From an uncultured Chloroflexia bacterium (GTDB lineage Bacteria > Chloroflexota > Limnocylindria > Limnocylindrales > CSP1-4): a stretch of 64,000 nt of DNA. The DNA lies in assembly GCA_963800795.1 (NCBI GenBank), contig CAWDCJ010000014.1:64942-128941 (forward strand), given 5' to 3'. Both the position numbers and the translations under genes were made by a program. The notes beneath the pieces were generated by a model. The model worked only from the letters and a program-made list of their open reading frames with translations. It searched no databases and was not told where the DNA came from. Below are positions 60,159-64,000 of this stretch, piece by piece. Position 1 is the stretch's first letter, and each line of letters begins with the position of its first letter.

Positions 60159-60854
60159 ATGGCGATTCGGATTGTGCTCGCCGAGGATCACTACCTCGTC
60201 CGAGAGGGCGTCCGGAGCCTGCTCGAGGCAGAGCCCGGATTCGAGGTCGCGGCGGTCTGCGGGGACTTCGACTCGCTGCTCGAGGCCGTCGATCGTGAGA
60301 GCCCGGACGTGGTGGTCACCGACATCCGCATGCCGCCGGGCAATTCGGACGAGGGAATCCAAGCCGCGAGGCGACTTCGGGAAACAAACCCGGACCTGGG
60401 CGTGGTCGTCCTCAGCCACTACGCCAACCCGAGCTACGCCCTCGCGCTGCTGGACACCGGCAGCGCCGGGCGCGCCTACGTGCTGAAGGAGCGCGTCGGT
60501 GACCTCGATCAGCTGGTCGCCGCCATCCGCGCGGTCGCACGGGGCGGCTCGCTGATCGACCCGAAGGTAGTGGAAGGGTTGGTGGCCGAGCGGGCGCGAG
60601 CGGCGGCGTCCCCGCTCGGCCAGCTGACCGCCCGGGAACGCGACGTGCTGCGGAAGATGGCCGAGGGCAAGAACAACGCGTCGATCGCCGAGGACCTTGT
60701 CCTGACCGAGCGGTCCGTGGAGAAGGTCATCAACTCGATGTTCATGAAGCTCGGGTTGACGTGGGAGCCGGCGGTTCACAAGCGCGTGAAGGCGGTCATC
60801 CTGTACCTCGCCGAGAGTGATCAGGGTCAGCGCGACAACGGCAGCCAGCCATGA
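60159..60854 (+). CDS. NarL/FixJ (LuxR-HTH) family response regulator
   Basis: 'IVLAEDHYLVREG', 'VVVTDIRMPP', and HTH 'LTARERDVLRKMAEGKNNASIAEDLVLTERSVEKVINSMFMKLG'. Confidence 0.9.
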   Translation: MAIRIVLAEDHYLVREGVRSLLEAEPGFEVAAVCGDFDSLLEAVDRESPDVVVTDIRMPPGNSDEGIQAARRLRETNPDLGVVVLSHYANPSYALALLDTGSAGRAYVLKERVGDLDQLVAAIRAVARGGSLIDPKVVEGLVAERARAAASPLGQLTARERDVLRKMAEGKNNASIAEDLVLTERSVEKVINSMFMKLGLTWEPAVHKRVKAVILYLAESDQGQRDNGSQP

Positions 60855-61489
60855 ACACGCAGGCCGCCATCCTTCGGATGTTCGACGGTGACGCGGCCGT
60901 CGAGCGCCTCGATGCGATCGCGCAGGCGCTCGAGGCGGCCGTCCGCGAAGTATCCGGCGATCGCGATCTCGAAGGTCAGCGCGTCCTCAACATCAAGCAC
61001 CCTGACGGTTGCGTAGGACCCGGGTGACGCCGACGACAGCGTCTCGATGAAGGACCAGTAGACCGCGGCAGTCAACTCCGCCGGGACTGCGGCACCCGTC
61101 CTGACGTCGACCACCGCCGTGACGTCAGCCTTCTGAGCCGCGGACCTTAGCGCACTGGCAAATCCACGCCCTTCAAGCAGCGGCGGATAGATCCTCTCCG
61201 CCAGCGCCGACGCTTCGTCCAGCGCCTCCCGCACGGTGGTCGCCATCTCGTCCAGGAGCGCTTTCGCGGCAGCCGGATCACTGTCGACCAGCCCGGCTAG
61301 CCGCCGCAGCTGGACGGCGACGGCGATCATCTGTTGCTGGACGCCATCATGGAGGGCGCGCTCGATCGCGCGCCGATCGTCAAGGGCGGCCTTGACCAGG
61401 CGCTTCCGCGACCGATGAAGCTCCGCCACCTCACCTTGCAGCCGGTCGACAACATCACGCAGCCGTTCGCCGGAGCTAGCGTTCGACAC
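60827..61489 (-). CDS. HisKA_3/HATPase_c histidine-kinase core without a sensor or TM domain
   Basis: GTG at 61489. It starts in the coiled coil, with H-box 'ERALHDGVQQQMIAV' and an ATPase region ending 'GGLRVHGWLPL'. Its 3' end overlaps the convergent NarL-type RR gene by 28 bp. Confidence 0.8.
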   Translation of the reverse strand: MSNASSGERLRDVVDRLQGEVAELHRSRKRLVKAALDDRRAIERALHDGVQQQMIAVAVQLRRLAGLVDSDPAAAKALLDEMATTVREALDEASALAERIYPPLLEGRGFASALRSAAQKADVTAVVDVRTGAAVPAELTAAVYWSFIETLSSASPGSYATVRVLDVEDALTFEIAIAGYFADGRLERLRDRIEALDGRVTVEHPKDGGLRVHGWLPLSR

Positions 61490-61527
61490 CGCCGCACCTC
61501 TTCTTCAAGCAGCCGCCGTGTGCGCCC

Positions 61528-62211
61528 TCACGCCAGCCGCCTGACAAGCGCGAGGGCCGTCCCAAGGCCATCGAGGATCAGATCGAGCCCGTACTCGAAC
61601 TCGTCCCCGTAGTCGTAGCCGGGCGTCATCGCGTGCTCGATCATCGCGACGAGGTTGGGGTACTCGTTGAGGGGGAATGGCCGGAGCATGGTCTCCGCCA
61701 CTTCTGCCGCTTCCTCCGACGTGTCGAACGGCAGGGTCATCTTCGTGAGCGCGAAGCCGTAGATGTAGCCGTCCAGAACCGAGTATGCGTGGGCGACCAT
61801 CGGAATGTCGAAGCCCCCCGCCCGAAGACTGCCGATCACCGCGTCGTGGTGGCGCAAGTTCGCCGGACCGCCGTTCCTCCGCGACTCCAATAGGCCGATC
61901 GCCCAGCGATGCCGGAGGAGGACGTCGCGGAGCGAGATCGCGCGCCCACGCATGGCAGCCTTCCAGTCGCCGTCGCTGGCCGGGAGCTCGATCTCGGCGA
62001 AGACGAGATCGACGATGCCGTCCACGATCTGGTCTCGGCTGGCGAAGTAGTAGTAGATCGCCATCGCCTCGACGCCGAGCTCCTGACCCAGCCTGCGCAT
62101 GGTCAGTGACGCGAGCCCGCCCTGATCGGCGAGCTTTAGGGCCGTCTGCAGCACGCGCTCGCGGCTCAACGGCTCGCGGCGCCGCGAAGCCTCCGTGGTC
62201 TGCCTTGACAT
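61528..62211 (-). CDS. TetR-family transcriptional regulator (TetR_C-type C-terminal domain)
   Basis: ATG at 62211 after AGGAGG. HTH 'LTMRRLGQELGVEAMAIYYYF'. C-terminal 'GYIYGFALTK...YDYGDEFEYGLDLILDGL'. Confidence 0.9.
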   Translation of the reverse strand: MSRQTTEASRRREPLSRERVLQTALKLADQGGLASLTMRRLGQELGVEAMAIYYYFASRDQIVDGIVDLVFAEIELPASDGDWKAAMRGRAISLRDVLLRHRWAIGLLESRRNGGPANLRHHDAVIGSLRAGGFDIPMVAHAYSVLDGYIYGFALTKMTLPFDTSEEAAEVAETMLRPFPLNEYPNLVAMIEHAMTPGYDYGDEFEYGLDLILDGLGTALALVRRLA

Positions 62212-62249
62212 ACGCCTCCTGCGACCCCGGACGGGCGTGATTCCTGTGC

Positions 62250-62305
62250 TTGACAACCCGGACTTTACACCGTACAGTCAACCCAGGCAACTTTACCTCG
62301 TAAAG
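62250..62305 (+). promoter_or_regulatory. candidate sigma-70-type promoter (TTGACA-17 bp-TACAGT) with two CTTTAC-N3-GTA(A/C)AG inverted repeats (candidate TetR operators)
   Basis: TTGACA at 62250-62255 and TACAGT at 62273-62278. Imperfect inverted repeat 'CTTTACACCGTACAG' at 62263-62277. Perfect 6-3-6 inverted repeat 'CTTTACCTCGTAAAG' at 62291-62305. All lie in the 109-bp TetR/DUF4386 divergent intergenic region. Confidence 0.45.
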
Positions 62306-62320
62306 CACGGAGACTGACAA

Positions 62321-63124
62321 ATGACCGCAATGCCGTTCCCCGCCACCCAGCCTGGATCGACCGACGAACCACGGACCTGGTCCGGCCGGGTTCGCCCAGC
62401 TCAGGAAGGGAGCGTGGCCTCACCCAGGCGCCTCGCGCAAATCGCCGGGCTCCTGTATCTGATCAACGCCATCGTCGCCGGCTTCGCCTTCGGGTTCGTG
62501 GCCACCAAGATGTACGCGGCGGGTGACGCCGCCACGACCGCCGCCAACGTCCTGGCGAACCCGGGACTCGTTCGCCTCGGGGTCGTCGCCGACCTGTTCC
62601 AGGCGACCGAGTGGATCTTCCTCGGGATGGCCCTCTACCTGCTGCTCCAGCACGTCAACGGGAATGTGGCCCGCGCGATGGTGGTCCTCGTCGCCATAGG
62701 AGCCGCCATCGTGTGCCTCAACGATGTCTTCGAGTTCGTGGCTGTGCGGGTCGCGACCGACGGCTCTTACGTGGCCGCCCTCGGCGCCGCGGGGTCGAAC
62801 GCGCTCGTGCTGCTCCTGCTCGACCTCCAGCATTACGGGTTCCTCATCGCCCAGATCTTCTTCGGCCTGTGGCTGCTGCCGCTCGGCTACCTTGCCTACC
62901 GGTCAGGGATGTTCCCCAAGGCGCTGGGCGTCGCGCTCATCGTGGCGGGTGTTTGCTACCTCGCGGACATGCTCGCGCTGTTCCTGGTCCCCGACTTTGG
63001 CAGGCAGGTCAACGCGTTCCTGGTCGTCCCGCCCACCATCGGGGAGACGTGGATGGCCATGTACCTGCTCGTCAAGGGAGTGCGGCCCTCGCGCCATACC
63101 GATCGCGCACTCGTCGCTGCCTGA
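62321..63124 (+). CDS. DUF4386-family membrane protein
   Basis: 267 aa, about 6 TM helices. 'AGLLYLINAIVAGFAFGFV...GDAATTAANVLANPGLVRLGVVADL' is typical of DUF4386. It is divergent from the TetR gene. Confidence 0.7.
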   Translation: MTAMPFPATQPGSTDEPRTWSGRVRPAQEGSVASPRRLAQIAGLLYLINAIVAGFAFGFVATKMYAAGDAATTAANVLANPGLVRLGVVADLFQATEWIFLGMALYLLLQHVNGNVARAMVVLVAIGAAIVCLNDVFEFVAVRVATDGSYVAALGAAGSNALVLLLLDLQHYGFLIAQIFFGLWLLPLGYLAYRSGMFPKALGVALIVAGVCYLADMLALFLVPDFGRQVNAFLVVPPTIGETWMAMYLLVKGVRPSRHTDRALVAA

Positions 63125-63275
63125 GGTCGCCGCGAGCGACAGCGACGGTCGCGAAGGCTCCACAATGCGTGCACACCTCGCGCACACCTTCGGCCCAGGA
63201 TTCCGCCATCGGCCCGAAACCCCCGGATGCTTGTGAGTAGGAAGCGCCGTTGACGACAGCAGGCAGATCGGTGGC

Positions 63276-63923
63276 ATGGCGATGACGCATCACTACACGG
63301 AACCATCACCTCTCATCCGGGTGGCCTACCGGCTCCTCTACGATCCGCTCCGGGCCGGCTACCTGCGCCGGCTCGTGGCGTCGCTGGATCTCTCGGGCAG
63401 CGAGCGTGTCCTCGACTTCGGCTCGGGAGCCGGCTCGGAGGCCGTCTATCTCGCCCGGGCCCTCGATCGCGGCGGCAGGCTGACCTGCCTCGACGTCTCG
63501 CCGACCTGGCTCGCCGAGGCGCGGCGCCGGCTGGGCCAATTCACAAACGTGGAGTTCCTCCTCGGCGAGGCGCCGACGGCCGCGCTGCCCGAGGCGACCT
63601 TCGACGTGATCCTTGCTCACTTCGTGCTCCACGACGTGGATCGGGAGGCGCTCCCGGCCGTGCTCGTCGCCCTCGCTCGCTCGCTCCGGCCGGATGGCCG
63701 GTTCGTCGTCGTCGAGCCCGACACCGCGTCCGGGTCGGGGAATCGGATCGTGCCGGCGCACCATCGACTCCCGGCGGGCGAGCTGCGCTCACAGATGGCC
63801 GCCGCTGGCCTGACAGAGCAGTCGCGCGAGATCGTCTCCGCCCCGGGCGGCTCGGCAGTCCGCAGCGTCTACGGGCTCGCCGCCAACCCATTGGCAGCGG
63901 TGACCGGGTCCTCACCGGTCTGA
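63276..63923 (+). CDS. class I SAM-dependent methyltransferase
   Basis: 'VLDFGSGAGSEAVYLA' (motif I), 'FDVILAHFVLHDV', 'LRPDGRFVVVE'. Confidence 0.8.
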   Translation: MAMTHHYTEPSPLIRVAYRLLYDPLRAGYLRRLVASLDLSGSERVLDFGSGAGSEAVYLARALDRGGRLTCLDVSPTWLAEARRRLGQFTNVEFLLGEAPTAALPEATFDVILAHFVLHDVDREALPAVLVALARSLRPDGRFVVVEPDTASGSGNRIVPAHHRLPAGELRSQMAAAGLTEQSREIVSAPGGSAVRSVYGLAANPLAAVTGSSPV

Positions 63924-64000
63924 ACCATGGTGGCGAGCGCGCCGGGCAGGCCCGGCTCAGAGCAGGATGTCACCCAGGCGCAGGCCTCGGCTGAGAGGAT

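Overview
Very GC-rich chromosomal window with Actinomycetota- or Chloroflexota-like codon usage, AGGAGG-type ribosome-binding sites (RBS) and frequent GTG/TTG starts. I support about 50 protein-coding genes and several gene remnants. I recognised no rRNA, tRNA, CRISPR array, transposase or integrase. Many long ORFs in the six-frame track are antisense or out-of-frame shadows, as expected at this GC content.

Gene content, left to right:
- GT2 glycosyltransferase, VOC-family protein and a membrane-anchored Moco oxidoreductase.
- ECF sigma factor coupled to a membrane protein with a BNR beta-propeller.
- AlsS-like ThDP enzyme, a secreted phosphoesterase and a methyltransferase.
- Urate-catabolism cluster: uricase, HIU hydrolase, OHCU decarboxylase, DUF3830, hydantoinase-type amidohydrolase, malate synthase A and a D-aminoacylase.
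- PAP2 phosphatase, a LacI regulator, asnS and a UPF0104 membrane protein.
- Two paralogous adenylate-cyclase/STAND-ATPase/TPR proteins, and a GGDEF-EAL protein.
- AEC transporter, a large lipoprotein with a papain-like Cys/His signature, and a second phosphoesterase.
- Zn-ribbon/LURP-like fusion.
- A minus-strand module araA -> sugar ABC transporter -> LacI -> URO-D-like -> glycyl-radical activase -> short glycyl-radical enzyme (GRE).
- Lipocalin-like protein, FNR and argG.
- A two-component region: PF04392-type binding protein, histidine kinase (HK) and response regulator (RR), a second orphan RR, a NarL-type RR and a sensor-less HisKA_3 kinase core.
- TetR/DUF4386 pair and a second methyltransferase.

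Most interesting observations:
1. The URO-D-like/activase/GRE cassette, whose GRE has atypical features and no in-frame stop near its expected end.
2. Imperfect direct repeats derived from a galK-like sequence that bracket this ~11-kb module.
3. A 16-bp x6-7 tandem repeat in the uricase upstream region.
4. A urate pathway that lacks recognisable allantoate and ureidoglycolate enzymes.
5. An unusual load of single-nucleotide frameshifts (at least 9, including asnS) plus gene remnants.

The frameshifts may be assembly indel errors or real gene decay. This cannot be decided from the sequence alone.
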